Below are positions 1 to 12,049 of a stretch of DNA of 49,593 nucleotides, in pieces (position 1 is the stretch's first letter; each line of letters begins with the position of its first letter). Below the pieces are notes generated by a model. That model had not been told where the DNA came from, searched no databases, and saw only the letters and a program-made list of their open reading frames with translations. The position numbers and the translations under genes were made by a program. The DNA comes from Tetragenococcus sp. (GTDB taxonomy: Bacteria > Bacillota > Bacilli > Lactobacillales > Enterococcaceae): contig JAKDZT010000001.1 in the NCBI GenBank assembly GCA_030462125.1, positions 1 through 49,593 on the forward strand, given 5' to 3'.

Positions 1-171
1 AAATCCTGGGAAATAAGCCATTGAAAAAACTAATTGAAAACTTAAAATGCCAAAGTTTTTCCAATACCTAAAGCATCCTTCTCCTCTATGTTATATGAAA
101 GACCCCTTACTTCCAAATGTTATCAAATCTGCACTTAAATTCAAACTAAAATCCCTTGAGATTTGCCTAGA

Positions 172-630
172 TTAGTAGTCCTTTAAAGCACGTTGAATTT
201 GACGTTCTTGGTCTTTGCGTTTTAAAGTCTCACGCTTATCATATTCTCTTTTACCTTTTGCTAAACCGACTAAAACTTTTGCATAACCATTTTTGATATA
301 CACTTTTAAAGGAATCACTGTCATCCCCTTGGTTTGGCTCTGCTCGTACAGTTTAGTAATTTGTTTTTTATGCATCAGTAACTTCCGACTTCTTAAAGGA
401 TCGTGATTGAACAAATTCCCTTGATCATAAGGGCTAATATGCACATTAAATAGATAGGCTTCTCCATCGCGAAAACGGACGAATCCATCTTTTAAATTGA
501 TTCTACCGTTTCGAATGGCCTTAATTTCTGTGCCTTTTAAAGAAAGTCCAGCTTCTACGGTTTCAATAACCGAATAATCATGACGAGCTTTTCTATTTTG
601 AGCAACTAGTTTCCCATTACCTTTAGGCAT
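172..630 (-). CDS. smpB: SsrA-binding protein SmpB
   Basis: [36 protein letters not shown] motifs; downstream of rnr; GGAGG RBS. Confidence 0.98.
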   Translation of the reverse strand: MPKGNGKLVAQNRKARHDYSVIETVEAGLSLKGTEIKAIRNGRINLKDGFVRFRDGEAYLFNVHISPYDQGNLFNHDPLRSRKLLMHKKQITKLYEQSQTKGMTVIPLKVYIKNGYAKVLVGLAKGKREYDKRETLKRKDQERQIQRALKDY

Positions 631-653
631 AAGCTTGACCTCCTTACTTTCAA

Positions 654-2987
654 CTATCCTTTTTTCTTCGTACGCTTGGGAGCGTCTTTGTAAAAGGGCT
701 TTTTCTTTTTATTTTTCTCTTTTTTTCCTTTTTTGTTCTTTTTTTTGATTGACGTATTTTCCTGATTATTTCTACGTTGTTTGTGATCTTGTTGTTTTTG
801 GGGTTTACCTTGTGAAGCCCCCGGTGTATCCACTAGTTCAAAGTCAACTTCTCTGGTATCCGGATCTGCCTTAGTGACCCGTACTTTTACTTGTTGACCG
901 ATCTTATATGTTTGGCCAGTGTGTTCTCCAACTAGCGCAAGCTGACTTTCAATAAATTGGAAATAATCATTTTTTAGCTCACTCACGTGAATAAGCCCTT
1001 CAATAGTATTAGACAATTCCACGAAAAAGCCAAACTTAACTACAGAACTAATCACGCCTTCGAACACTTCATCGATGTGATCTTGCATATATTCTGCTTT
1101 TTTCATTGAATCAACATCGCGTTCACATTCAACGGCCCGTCGTTCCATATCAGAACTATGTTGGGCGATTTCAGGAATTTTTTTAGCCCACTGCGCTTGA
1201 TTGGCTTTTGACTTATCTTCACTATACGAACGGATCAAGCGGTGCACTAATAAATCTGGATAACGACGAATAGGTGAAGTAAAATGAGTATAATATTCTG
1301 CTGCCAGTCCGTAGTGCCCCACGTTTTCTTCTGAGTAGCGCGCTTGCTGCATACTCCTTAAAAGCATCGTATTAATGACTCTGCTTTCAGGTTTTTCCGC
1401 CGCATTTTCCACGACTGCTTGTAAATCTTTGGGACTAACGCTACTCTTTTTATTCTTGACTAAAATACCTAAAGTTGCTGCAAAATCAAAAAATTGCTGA
1501 AGTTTTTCTTCTTTAGGTTCTTCATGAATTCGGTAAATAAATGGGAAGTTTAACTGTTGATAGTGTTTAGCAACCGTTTCATTGGCACAAAGCATAAATG
1601 ACTCGATCATGCGCTCGCCAACACCTCTTTGTCTTAAAACAATATCTAAAGGATGGCCACTATCATCAACAACTACTTGGGCTTCGTCATCTTCAAAAGT
1701 CAAAGCACCACGCTTACTACGCATGGCTTCTAAACATTCATGTAATTCTTTCATCGATTGAAACATTGACACAAGGTCCTTATATTGTTCCATAGTCGCT
1801 GAATTTTCATCTTCTAGAATTTCATTGATAGCAGTATAAGTCATTCTAGCATTGGTTTGGATAACACTTGGGAAAATATCATAAGAAACAACAGTCCCTT
1901 CTTTGTCAACTTCCATTTCACAACTCATTGCAAGTCTTGGGACCTGAGGATTTAACGAACAAATCCCATTTGATAAACGTTGTGGAAGCATAGGAACCAC
2001 TCGATCCGTTAAATAGACACTTGTTCCCCGCTCAAAAGCTTCTTTATCTAATGGGCTATTTTCAGTCACATAATTAGACACATCAGCGATATGCACAGCC
2101 AAAAAGAAATGACCATTGTCTAATTTTTTTACTGAAACAGCATCATCTAAGTCCTTAGCTGATTCATCGTCAATGGTTACAATTGTTTGGTCTTGTCGGT
2201 TTTTACGTTCAGGGTAGTCTTTAGGGTCAATCGAATCAGGTACTTGATTAGCTTGTTCAAGCGCTTCTTCAGAAAATTCTGTCGGGACATCATGCGCCGC
2301 TAATACTGATAGGATATCCATACCCGGCTCATCTTTATGACCAATAATATTTTTTACGATCCCTTCCAGACTATCAGCATAGCCTTTTTCGGGATAATGA
2401 GTAATTTCTGCGCTGACGATATTGCCCTCCACCGGACGAATACCTACAGCTGAAACCAATACTTTAAAACCAGCTAATTTTTTATCTTTAGGTCGAATCA
2501 CCCCGTACAGATCTGTTTCTGCAATTTCTTCTTCAGAAAACAAATGAAACTCGCCAACCACTTGGGTTATTTTTCTTTGTCGTATTTCTACTACACGACC
2601 TTCTGCGCCCAGTTCATCAGCAGGATCTGCCGGTTTTATGATATCAATTGCGACCAGATCTCCATCCATCGCATAACCTGTATTTTCTTTTCCGATATAC
2701 ACGTCGTCTTCTTCTGGATCAATCGTTACAAAACCAAAGCCACGCTCATTTGCACGAAAAGTCCCTTCAACTAAGGTCTGCTTAGCAGGGAGTTTTACTT
2801 TTCCTTTTTTATTAAAGGCAACCAGCTGTTCTCTTTCCATCGTGGCTACTGTCTGCACTAACGTTTTAAAATCATTACTTTTGGTTAGTCCTAAGTTTTC
2901 AGCAATTTCTTCCATCGAAAAACTTTTTTTAGAACTCTCTTCCATAAAGTGCAAAACTTTAGTTTTTATCGTCTCTTTCATATTCAT
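654..2987 (-). CDS. rnr: Ribonuclease R
   Basis: RNB motifs [13 protein letters not shown] and [13 protein letters not shown]-terminal S1 domain, Lys-rich tail; start may be 2981. Confidence 0.97.
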   Translation of the reverse strand: MNMKETIKTKVLHFMEESSKKSFSMEEIAENLGLTKSNDFKTLVQTVATMEREQLVAFNKKGKVKLPAKQTLVEGTFRANERGFGFVTIDPEEDDVYIGKENTGYAMDGDLVAIDIIKPADPADELGAEGRVVEIRQRKITQVVGEFHLFSEEEIAETDLYGVIRPKDKKLAGFKVLVSAVGIRPVEGNIVSAEITHYPEKGYADSLEGIVKNIIGHKDEPGMDILSVLAAHDVPTEFSEEALEQANQVPDSIDPKDYPERKNRQDQTIVTIDDESAKDLDDAVSVKKLDNGHFFLAVHIADVSNYVTENSPLDKEAFERGTSVYLTDRVVPMLPQRLSNGICSLNPQVPRLAMSCEMEVDKEGTVVSYDIFPSVIQTNARMTYTAINEILEDENSATMEQYKDLVSMFQSMKELHECLEAMRSKRGALTFEDDEAQVVVDDSGHPLDIVLRQRGVGERMIESFMLCANETVAKHYQQLNFPFIYRIHEEPKEEKLQQFFDFAATLGILVKNKKSSVSPKDLQAVVENAAEKPESRVINTMLLRSMQQARYSEENVGHYGLAAEYYTHFTSPIRRYPDLLVHRLIRSYSEDKSKANQAQWAKKIPEIAQHSSDMERRAVECERDVDSMKKAEYMQDHIDEVFEGVISSVVKFGFFVELSNTIEGLIHVSELKNDYFQFIESQLALVGEHTGQTYKIGQQVKVRVTKADPDTREVDFELVDTPGASQGKPQKQQDHKQRRNNQENTSIKKKNKKGKKEKNKKKKPFYKDAPKRTKKKG

Positions 2988-3739
2988 TCCTCATTCCAGG
3001 GTAAACTTTCCAGATAAGCTAATACATCTTTTTCAAACTGTTTTCTTTCCGGCCCTATAGTGACTACATGGTCACTTTCAGGATACCATTGCAGCGTTGT
3101 TTTGGTTTGCTCTAGTGCCTGCGCTGTTTTAAAAACAGTCGAAGCATCAATCATCTGATCTTGACCAGCTTGTGCCAAAAAAACGGGCTTTTTGATTGTG
3201 CTTACTTTTTCACTAACACTTTCTGAAAAATTTTCTATTTCTTTTAATTGTTCTTTTGAATCTTGAGCGATACGCGTTAAACGCTTATCTAATTCTTCTG
3301 CCGACAAGTCCGCATAACTTAAAACTCCTTTAGCATAGCGATAAAAGTTTTCTGGCACATTCGTGTCGGTTTTAAATATCGGCGAGCAAAAGCACCCACC
3401 ACCGATAATGGTTGGATCTTTTTGGGTTAATGCGTCCATTGCCATAATACCACCCATTGATAAACCAAATACAGTTAACTGTTTATATCCTTTTGCTTTT
3501 AAACGATCAATAGCATTTTGTGTATCTTGGAACCAAGAACTCACTTTTTGCTCTAAGATATCTTGTGGATCCATTGTTCCATGTCCACTAAACATCGGTG
3601 AATATATGGTATAATTGACCTTTTCTAAAAAGCGGCAAAGCATACGCACGTCATTCGGACTGCCTGAATAAGCATGCAATAATATAACCGCTTTTTTGCC
3701 GTGTTCCTCAAATAATGGTTTGGGTAAATTTATTTGCAC
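2984..3739 (-). CDS. Carboxylesterase (YvaK/Est family alpha/beta hydrolase)
   Basis: GLSMGG nucleophile elbow; conserved secG-est-rnr-smpB order; GTG start with GAGGTG RBS. Confidence 0.93.
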   Translation of the reverse strand: MQINLPKPLFEEHGKKAVILLHAYSGSPNDVRMLCRFLEKVNYTIYSPMFSGHGTMDPQDILEQKVSSWFQDTQNAIDRLKAKGYKQLTVFGLSMGGIMAMDALTQKDPTIIGGGCFCSPIFKTDTNVPENFYRYAKGVLSYADLSAEELDKRLTRIAQDSKEQLKEIENFSESVSEKVSTIKKPVFLAQAGQDQMIDASTVFKTAQALEQTKTTLQWYPESDHVVTIGPERKQFEKDVLAYLESLPWNEE

Positions 3740-3771
3740 TGATTAACACCTCTTCGCTTTCATTCTACCAC

Positions 3772-3806
3772 AAAAAAAGAGTTTGAGAACAACACCCAAA
3801 CTCTTT
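3772..3806 (-). terminator. Intrinsic terminator-like hairpin after secG
   Basis: AAAGAGTTTG...CAAACTCTTT stem with U-tract on minus strand. Confidence 0.65.
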
Positions 3807-3818
3807 GCTAGCTATTTT

Positions 3819-4055
3819 CTATTGAGAAGATAATAATACTAAGACAAATAACAAAATCATCCAAATCGTACCTAGTATCGCAGTTGAACGTTTCATGACC
3901 GCTTCAAAGCCTCTTGCTTTTTGTTTACCAAAAAGATTGTCAGCGCCACCGGTAAAAGCGCTAGCTGCACTATTTTGTTTACTTGGTTGTAGCATAATTG
4001 TAATTACCAAAATGACAGAAAGTACTATTACTGTAGTTAATATAAGATTGTACAA
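3819..4055 (-). CDS. secG: Preprotein translocase subunit SecG
   Basis: Two TM helices, LQPSK...AFTGGADNLFGKQKARGFE; TTG start chosen from RBS spacing. Confidence 0.95.
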   Translation of the reverse strand: MYNLILTTVIVLSVILVITIMLQPSKQNSAASAFTGGADNLFGKQKARGFEAVMKRSTAILGTIWMILLFVLVLLSSQ

Positions 4056-4222
4056 GCTATATCCCTCGCCTTCTTCTGACATCGTCTAGTACACTTTAGC
4101 ATAATTTTTAATAGATGACCAGTATGTTTGCATGAGAATCTAATTGTTTCATTAGAACATAAGTTAACTGATGTTTTGTCCTAAATTGAGTTACAGGACA
4201 TAATTTCAATTTTTTATAAAAT

Positions 4223-4271
4223 AAAAAAGTACCTTTCCTATGTTAAAAATTATCAACATAGAAAAGGTACT
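4223..4271 (-). terminator. Intrinsic terminator of the glycolytic operon
   Basis: AGTACCTTTCCTATGTT...AACATAGAAAAGGTACT inverted repeat with U-tract just after eno stop. Confidence 0.8.
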
Positions 4272-4291
4272 CCTCTAATGACTAAATAAGT

Positions 4292-5620
<1,329 letters not shown>

Positions 5621-5693
5621 TTATCATAAGGGCCATCCCTTGCGATTACTTTATTTAAAAAAATTTTTTCTAGTCCTGCAAATAAATCTTGCT

Positions 5694-6479
<786 letters not shown>

Positions 6480-6518
6480 TCAGTTAAAGTACATTTCTTT
6501 TCATTTAACAAATTCGGT

Positions 6519-7709
6519 TTATTTATCATTAATGGCTGCCAAGCCTGGTAAAGTTTTACCCTCTAATAATTCAAGGCTGGCGCCGCCACCAGTTGAGATA
6601 TGCGTAAATTTATCAGCAAAGCCTAGACTTTCAGCAGCTGCAGCAGAGTCACCGCCACCAATGATCGTGTTAGCACCTTGCAAGTTAGCAATAGCTTCAC
6701 AAATACCAATAGTACCTTTAGCAAAATTAGACATTTCAAATACGCCCATAGGTCCATTCCAAACAACCGTTTTCGCGTCTTTTAAGATATCACTAAATGC
6801 TTCCACTGTTTTTGGTCCAATATCTAATCCCATTTGGCCTTCAGGAATAGGACCTTCATGTGTCTCAGTGGCTACATCATTTGAGAATTCTTTGGCGGTT
6901 ACTGAATCAACAGGTAGAACTAACTTATCGCCAGCTTTTTCAATCAAGGATTTAGCTAATTCAACTTTATCTTCTTCCACCATAGAGTTTCCAATATCCT
7001 CACCTTTGGCTTTATAGAAAGTATAAGTCATACCACCACCGATTAAAATTTTGTCTGCTTTTTCAATCAAGTTTTCGATGACACCAATTTTATCAGAAAC
7101 CTTCGCTCCGCCTAAAATAGCAATCATCGGGCGTTTAGGATCATCCACTGCTTCGCCGATAAATTTGATTTCTTTTTCCATCAAAAATCCAGCCACAGTT
7201 GGGATACCAGTAGAAGCAATCCCTACATTTGAAGCATGAGAACGATGAGCCGTTCCAAATGCATCATTAACAAATACGTCAGCTAAAGAAGCCCAGTATT
7301 TACCTAATTCAGGATCGTTTTTACTTTCTTTTTTGCCATCAACATCTTCAAAACGGGTGTTTTCTAAAACGACAATTTCTCCGTCTTGCATATCAGCGAT
7401 TGCTTTTTCTAAGTCTTCTCCGTGTGTTTCAGAAACAAACGTTACATCCCTATCCAAAAGTTCACCTAAACGTTTGGCAACCGGAGCTAAGGATTGCCCT
7501 TCTTTATCTTCTTCCGTTTTTACTCGGCCTAAATGTGAAAGCAAAATGGTTTTACCACCATGTTGAGTTACATACTTAATGGTTGGAAGTGCCGCTTTGA
7601 TCCGGGTATCATCTGTAATGGCACCATCACTCACCGGTACATTAAAGTCCGCCCGTACCAATACTTTTTTCCCTTTTAAATCAATATCTTCGACTGTTTT
7701 TTTAGCCAT
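6519..7709 (-). CDS. pgk: Phosphoglycerate kinase
   Basis: [38 protein letters not shown]. Confidence 0.99.
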   Translation of the reverse strand: MAKKTVEDIDLKGKKVLVRADFNVPVSDGAITDDTRIKAALPTIKYVTQHGGKTILLSHLGRVKTEEDKEGQSLAPVAKRLGELLDRDVTFVSETHGEDLEKAIADMQDGEIVVLENTRFEDVDGKKESKNDPELGKYWASLADVFVNDAFGTAHRSHASNVGIASTGIPTVAGFLMEKEIKFIGEAVDDPKRPMIAILGGAKVSDKIGVIENLIEKADKILIGGGMTYTFYKAKGEDIGNSMVEEDKVELAKSLIEKAGDKLVLPVDSVTAKEFSNDVATETHEGPIPEGQMGLDIGPKTVEAFSDILKDAKTVVWNGPMGVFEMSNFAKGTIGICEAIANLQGANTIIGGGDSAAAAESLGFADKFTHISTGGGASLELLEGKTLPGLAAINDK

Positions 7710-7742
7710 AGCTCTGCCCTCCTAAATATCGTTTTTCTTTTT

Positions 7743-7777
7743 AAAAAAGCGGAGAAGCGCGTCGCTTCCCCGCTTTT
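7743..7777 (-). terminator. Hairpin/partial terminator between gap and pgk
   Basis: AAAAGCGGAGAAGCG...CGCTTCCCCGCTTTT GC-rich stem flanked by A/T runs. Confidence 0.7.
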
Positions 7778-7830
7778 ATATCTTAAATTCAAATGAATCA
7801 TATTAGCAAGTGAATTTATTCAACAACGGA

Positions 7831-8832
7831 TTATAAAGTTGTTGCAAAATATTCTAACGTACGGATCATGTTTGAAGTAAAGCCGTATTCGTTATCGTAC
7901 CAAGCGACAGCTTTAACTAATTGTTCGCCACTTTCGCCTTCCATAACAGCGGTTTGTGTAGCGTCAAAAAGAGAACCAGCACTATCGCCGATAACATCAG
8001 AAGAAACAATTTCATCTTCTACATAAGCAAATGCGTCTGATGAAGCTTCTTTCATTGCAGCATTAACTTGATCAACGGATACTTTTTGATTCAATACACC
8101 ATACAAGTTAGTGATTGAACCAGTAATTGTTGGTACACGCAAAGCAGTACCGTCAACACGACCTTCGATTTCTGGAATAACTTTACCAACGGCTTTAGCT
8201 GCGCCTGTTGTTGCAGGGATGATGTTAGCAGCGCCTGCACGGCTTTTACGTCCACCTGGAGCATCTTGCAAGTTTTGGGTAGAAGTATATGAGTGAACAG
8301 TTGTCATTAACGCACGGTCAAGGCCAAATTTGTCATTCAATACTTTAACTACGGGCGCTAAGCAGTTTGTAGTACATGATGCAGCGGAAATAATTTCATC
8401 TTTTGCAGTAACTGTTTCATGGTTTACACCATAAACAATTAGTTTTGTTTCTTGTGATTTTGCTGGACCTGAAAGCAACACTTTTTTCGCACCAGCATCA
8501 ATGTGAGCATGCGCTTTTGCTGCATCTGTAAATAAACCAGTACATTCTAATACTAAATCAACACCTAATTTGCTCCAAGGCAATTGACTAGGGTCTTTTT
8601 CATCGTAAGCTTTGATTTCTTTGCCGTTGACAACTAAGGCATCTTCTTTAACTTCCACGCTGTATGGGAAACGTCCTTGAGCTGTATCATATTTCAAAAG
8701 ATAAGCCAAGTCTTCGTTATCTGTTAAGTCGTTAACTGCGACTACTTCTAACTCATCACTTGCTTCTAAAATACGGCGTAAAGCTAAACGTCCAATACGT
8801 CCAAAACCATTAATAGCTACTTTTGTTGACAT
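7831..8832 (-). CDS. gap: Type I glyceraldehyde-3-phosphate dehydrogenase
   Basis: [16 protein letters not shown] catalytic motif, WYDNE; between cggR and pgk. Confidence 0.98.
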   Translation of the reverse strand: MSTKVAINGFGRIGRLALRRILEASDELEVVAVNDLTDNEDLAYLLKYDTAQGRFPYSVEVKEDALVVNGKEIKAYDEKDPSQLPWSKLGVDLVLECTGLFTDAAKAHAHIDAGAKKVLLSGPAKSQETKLIVYGVNHETVTAKDEIISAASCTTNCLAPVVKVLNDKFGLDRALMTTVHSYTSTQNLQDAPGGRKSRAGAANIIPATTGAAKAVGKVIPEIEGRVDGTALRVPTITGSITNLYGVLNQKVSVDQVNAAMKEASSDAFAYVEDEIVSSDVIGDSAGSLFDATQTAVMEGESGEQLVKAVAWYDNEYGFTSNMIRTLEYFATTL

Positions 8833-8869
8833 AATGTGATTTCCTCCTTATGAAAACCTAAAATTTATT

Positions 8870-9907
8870 TTAAAGGGTTACCCCTTTTAAAACCTCATTT
8901 GATGCGGCTTCATCCGTGATGAGCCACGTTTGTTGCGGCGCATTTTTTAAATACGCCCGAATCGCTTTTGCCTTACTTTTTCCTCCGGCAACAGCAAATA
9001 TATAAGGAATGCTCCTTACATCTTTTAATTGTAGACCAACCCTAGGAATTTTGTAAACTACTTTGCCATCTTCATCGAAAAAATAGCCAAAAGATTCCGC
9101 TACTGCATTTTTTTGCTTCAGCATAAGAATTTCTTCTTCAGTCATTTTACGACGGGCCGCCATATGCAAAGCACGACCTATGCTGTGAACTACGCAATTA
9201 GCTTGGTTGATCAAGTTAAGAACATCTACGATTGTAGGCTCTTTTAACAATGAATCATAAGTAACAGTACTTAATTGTTCCGGGACAAAAAGCGCCCGGT
9301 ACGTACCATTCGAACGCGCAGCCATTTCAGCACTCACGGAATTTGCTTGCAGATTCACTGCTTCACCAATTCCGCCTCTAGCAGGCACAAATAAGTTTTG
9401 CCGTTTGGCACTTTTCAAATTTGTTAACTGTCTAGCAGCGCGTGCCATCGTGGTGCCTCCCATAACAGCAATGATGTTTTCACCATTAGGCAAACAATTA
9501 TGCAATGCTTCATCTAACAAACGGCCAAATTCTTCGACTACCTTTTGCTGCTGATCCGCATCGCCATTTACAATGATACAACGAGCAATGCCGAAACTTT
9601 CAGCTACTCGTCTTTCATTTTGCTGCATACCAAAAAGCTGATCCATCGTTTCGCCTAAGCTTTCATAGACTTCTTCGCCCTTTTCTGTCAAGCGCATCCC
9701 GCTATTAGAAGTGGCGATTAATCCAAGTTTTTTTAACAAGTCTGTTTCCGTTCGCAATACACGTTCCGTTAGGACTAAACTTTCAGCAAGATTTCTACGC
9801 CCGATCGGTTGCATCCAATAGATGCTTTGTAAAACACGGTACCTTTCTTGTAGTACCTGTAATATTTCAGGAGCGACTGCTTCGATCAGTTGTAGTTCAT
9901 TAAGCAT
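8870..9907 (-). CDS. cggR: Central glycolytic genes regulator CggR (SorC family)
   Basis: QPIGRR...TERVLRTE HTH, AVMGGTT, VPARGG sugar-binding domain; ATG 9907 with GGAGGG RBS. Confidence 0.95.
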   Translation of the reverse strand: MLNELQLIEAVAPEILQVLQERYRVLQSIYWMQPIGRRNLAESLVLTERVLRTETDLLKKLGLIATSNSGMRLTEKGEEVYESLGETMDQLFGMQQNERRVAESFGIARCIIVNGDADQQQKVVEEFGRLLDEALHNCLPNGENIIAVMGGTTMARAARQLTNLKSAKRQNLFVPARGGIGEAVNLQANSVSAEMAARSNGTYRALFVPEQLSTVTYDSLLKEPTIVDVLNLINQANCVVHSIGRALHMAARRKMTEEEILMLKQKNAVAESFGYFFDEDGKVVYKIPRVGLQLKDVRSIPYIFAVAGGKSKAKAIRAYLKNAPQQTWLITDEAASNEVLKGVTL

Positions 9908-9921
9908 ACGATCCCTCCGTG

Positions 9922-9957
9922 GACGCTTACCGACCAATATAGACTCAAAACGACCCG
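9922..9957 (-). promoter_or_regulatory. CggR operator
   Basis: Minus strand CGGGTC-N6-AGTC-N4-TTGGTC-N6-CGTC matches the B. subtilis CggR direct-repeat layout CGGGAC-N6-TGTC-N4-CGGGAC-N6-TGTC, just upstream of the RBS. Confidence 0.75.
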
Positions 9958-10010
9958 TTTATTGCAAAAAAAAGCAAACTCGCACATAAACTTGATTCCT
10001 TACGTGTCCT

Positions 10011-10039
10011 ATACTATCATTTTCTTCCTTGTTTAGCAA
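10011..10039 (-). promoter_or_regulatory. SigA promoter of cggR-gap operon
   Basis: TTGCTA-17-TAGTAT with extended -10 TG. Confidence 0.65.
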
Positions 10040-10182
10040 CTAACGACCGTTTTAAAGTTTTAAGTTATAAAGGTGTGTTTTACATAAGCTTACAACCATT
10101 CAACATTAGGAGACGCTAGTCAGAAAGAAGGACTGGAATAGGATTAGCTCCTCATATTTGGAAGGACAGAGGGAGAGGACGA

Positions 10183-10296
10183 TTTCTGAACTTACTCTAG
10201 TTTTTCCTAATTCTAGAGTCACTTTCCTGATCCTACCCTAATCTTCCCAATTTCTAGGGTCACTTTCCTGATCCTACTCTAGTTTTCCCAATTTTC
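10183..10296. repeat. ~41-bp imperfect tandem repeat, about 2.8 copies, each full unit containing a hairpin
   Basis: Units start at 10183, 10223, 10264: TTTCTGAACTTACTCTAGTTTTTCCTAATTCTAGAGTCAC / TTTCCTGATCCTACCCTAATCTTCCCAATTTCTAGGGTCAC / TTTCCTGATCCTACTCTAGTTTTCCCAATTTTC. Confidence 0.85.
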
Positions 10297-10378
10297 ATTA
10301 GTAGCTATCACGCTCTAATTAAAAATAGCATCTTATTTTTTCCTCACCACTATAAGCCTCCTATTGTTTCTTAAAACG

Positions 10379-10408
10379 AAAACCCCCTGTTTTAACAGAA
10401 GGCTTTTT
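10379..10408 (-). terminator. Putative rpoN terminator
   Basis: Imperfect stem CC..CTGTT/AACAG..GG between A/T runs directly after the stop. Confidence 0.5.
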
Positions 10409-10410
10409 AC

Positions 10411-11724
10411 TCAATCGTATCGTTTCCGCTTCGAAGAACCAGCGATATTTAAGGCATCGCGGTATTTAGCAACTGTCCGTCGGGAAACAGTCACTCCTTT
10501 TTCTTTCATAAGGTCAGTTAATTTCTGATCAGATAAGGGCTTTCTTTTATCTTCTTGGTCAACAATTTGTTGTAATAAGTGTTTGGCGTCATTAGAAGAA
10601 CTTTTATCAGTTCCTGCTCCAATCTTTTTACTAAAAAAGGATTTTAATTCAAATACACCAAAAACAGTTTCTAGATATTTGCCATTGACAGCACGGCTAA
10701 CTGTTGATTCATGAATGCCCAACTTTTCTGCAATGTCCATTAAGGTTAGAGGCTTAAGCGGGCGCTCTTTATTTAAAAAGAATGCCTTTTGTCGTTCAAC
10801 AATGGCTTTACCTACACGATAAATTGTATCGCCACGCTGTTGCATGGTTTTTTTGAGCCACTCGTAATCTTGTTGCTTCTCTTTCAAATATTTGAGCACT
10901 TCTGGGTCTTGGCTTTGTTTCATCCGTTCAAAATAATTTTGTTGAAATTTAATTTGCGGAACGCTTTTCCGATTCGATAGTACTTTGACTTCTTGCTCAC
11001 TTATTTTTACTGTCAAATCCGGAATAATAAATAATCCTTCTGTAGACCCGTAAACGGCTCCAGGCGTCGGTGTTAGATTTTGTATATAATCAAAAATTTC
11101 TTGTACATCGCTAAGTGAAACATCGAATTTTTTTGCAATCTTTTCCCATTTACGAGCGACTAATTCTTCAAACATTTCTTCTAACACAACATAAGCTAAA
11201 TGAGGCGCAGCATTATCTCGCTCAGTTTGTAACATCAAGCATTCTTGTAAGTTACGTGCCCCTACTCCAGCTGGGTCTAACTGCTGAATTAACGTTAATG
11301 CATCTAACAGCTGGATCGCAGAGCCCCCTGTCTTTTCTGCAGCTTCTTCTAGCGTTATTTGTAAAAAACCATTTAGGTCAATATATTCAACGAGATACAA
11401 AACTAACTGCCGTAAATAAGTATCACGATAGTTTAAATGAACTTGGTCAATTAAATGCTCAAACAAAGAAACAGAATTATCAGGGATTTGACTAAGATAA
11501 TTCGTTTCTTCACCAGAAGTTTTCCCTGGTTTAGCATAGCTACTAGAGGAATACGATGGCGGGTTAACTTCTAATAAAGGGTTTTCTAAAGCTTGATTAT
11601 CGATAAAGTCAACCAGATCTTCCGTGTTATATTGTAAAATTTGGATCGATTGTTGTAACTTTTGTGTCATCGCTAGTTTCTGTGTTTGCTTTTGTTGTTG
11701 TGAAAATTGTTGTTCAAATTTCAT
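10411..11724 (-). CDS. rpoN: RNA polymerase sigma-54 factor
   Basis: Gln-rich region I, DPAGVGARNLQECL, HESTVSRA HTH, RpoN box SRRTVAKYR. Confidence 0.98.
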   Translation of the reverse strand: MKFEQQFSQQQKQTQKLAMTQKLQQSIQILQYNTEDLVDFIDNQALENPLLEVNPPSYSSSSYAKPGKTSGEETNYLSQIPDNSVSLFEHLIDQVHLNYRDTYLRQLVLYLVEYIDLNGFLQITLEEAAEKTGGSAIQLLDALTLIQQLDPAGVGARNLQECLMLQTERDNAAPHLAYVVLEEMFEELVARKWEKIAKKFDVSLSDVQEIFDYIQNLTPTPGAVYGSTEGLFIIPDLTVKISEQEVKVLSNRKSVPQIKFQQNYFERMKQSQDPEVLKYLKEKQQDYEWLKKTMQQRGDTIYRVGKAIVERQKAFFLNKERPLKPLTLMDIAEKLGIHESTVSRAVNGKYLETVFGVFELKSFFSKKIGAGTDKSSSNDAKHLLQQIVDQEDKRKPLSDQKLTDLMKEKGVTVSRRTVAKYRDALNIAGSSKRKRYD

Positions 11725-11736
11725 TTTAATTACCCC

Positions 11737-11765
11737 TTGTGTTTTTTCTTAAAATTCGCTAAACT
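11737..11765 (+). promoter_or_regulatory. SigA promoter of tRNA-Arg
   Basis: TTGTGT-17-TAAACT, 15 nt upstream of the tRNA. Confidence 0.55.
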
Positions 11766-11780
11766 ATGTAAGGTAGATAA

Positions 11781-11852
11781 GCACCCTTAGTGTAGTGGAT
11801 ATCACACAAGATTCCGGTTCTTGAGACAGGGGTTCGATTCCCTTAGGGTGCG
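11781..11852 (+). tRNA. tRNA-Arg(CCG)
   Basis: Cloverleaf: acceptor GCACCCT/AGGGTGC, anticodon arm CAAGA-TTCCGGT-TCTTG, T-loop GTTCGATT; CCA not encoded. Confidence 0.96.
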
Positions 11853-11921
11853 TTCATGTAACTGATTCCAGTATACTTTATACAAGGTAAAATAGCAAAA
11901 TTGTAGTTGGCTTACTGATTT

Positions 11922-11970
11922 TAATGGCTCTACTCTCATTTATTTAAAATGAGAGTAGAGCCGTTATTTT
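11922..11970 (+). terminator. Terminator downstream of tRNA-Arg
   Basis: TAATGGCTCTACTCTCATTT...AAATGAGAGTAGAGCCGTTA stem then TTTT. Confidence 0.75.
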
Positions 11971-11993
11971 ATGGTAGGATTGTTTCATAGGAT

Positions 11994-12045
11994 AAAAAAA
12001 GCAAGAAATTAAGGTAGAGAGAACCTATCTTAATTCCTTGCTTTT
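11994..12045 (-). terminator. Terminator of GNAT gene
   Basis: AAAAGCAAGAAATTAAGGTAG...CTATCTTAATTCCTTGCTTTT. Confidence 0.7.
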
Positions 12046-12049
12046 ATAT

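Noticed and set aside
10188-10266. BusR sites in the repeat (GTCACTTT at 10218 and 10259)
   Set aside because: Partner half-sites 22 bp upstream (GAACTTAC, GATCCTAC) lack the GAC core; likely chance.
10183-10296. CRISPR array
   Set aside because: Units are contiguous with no unique spacers, under three copies, and no cas genes in the window.
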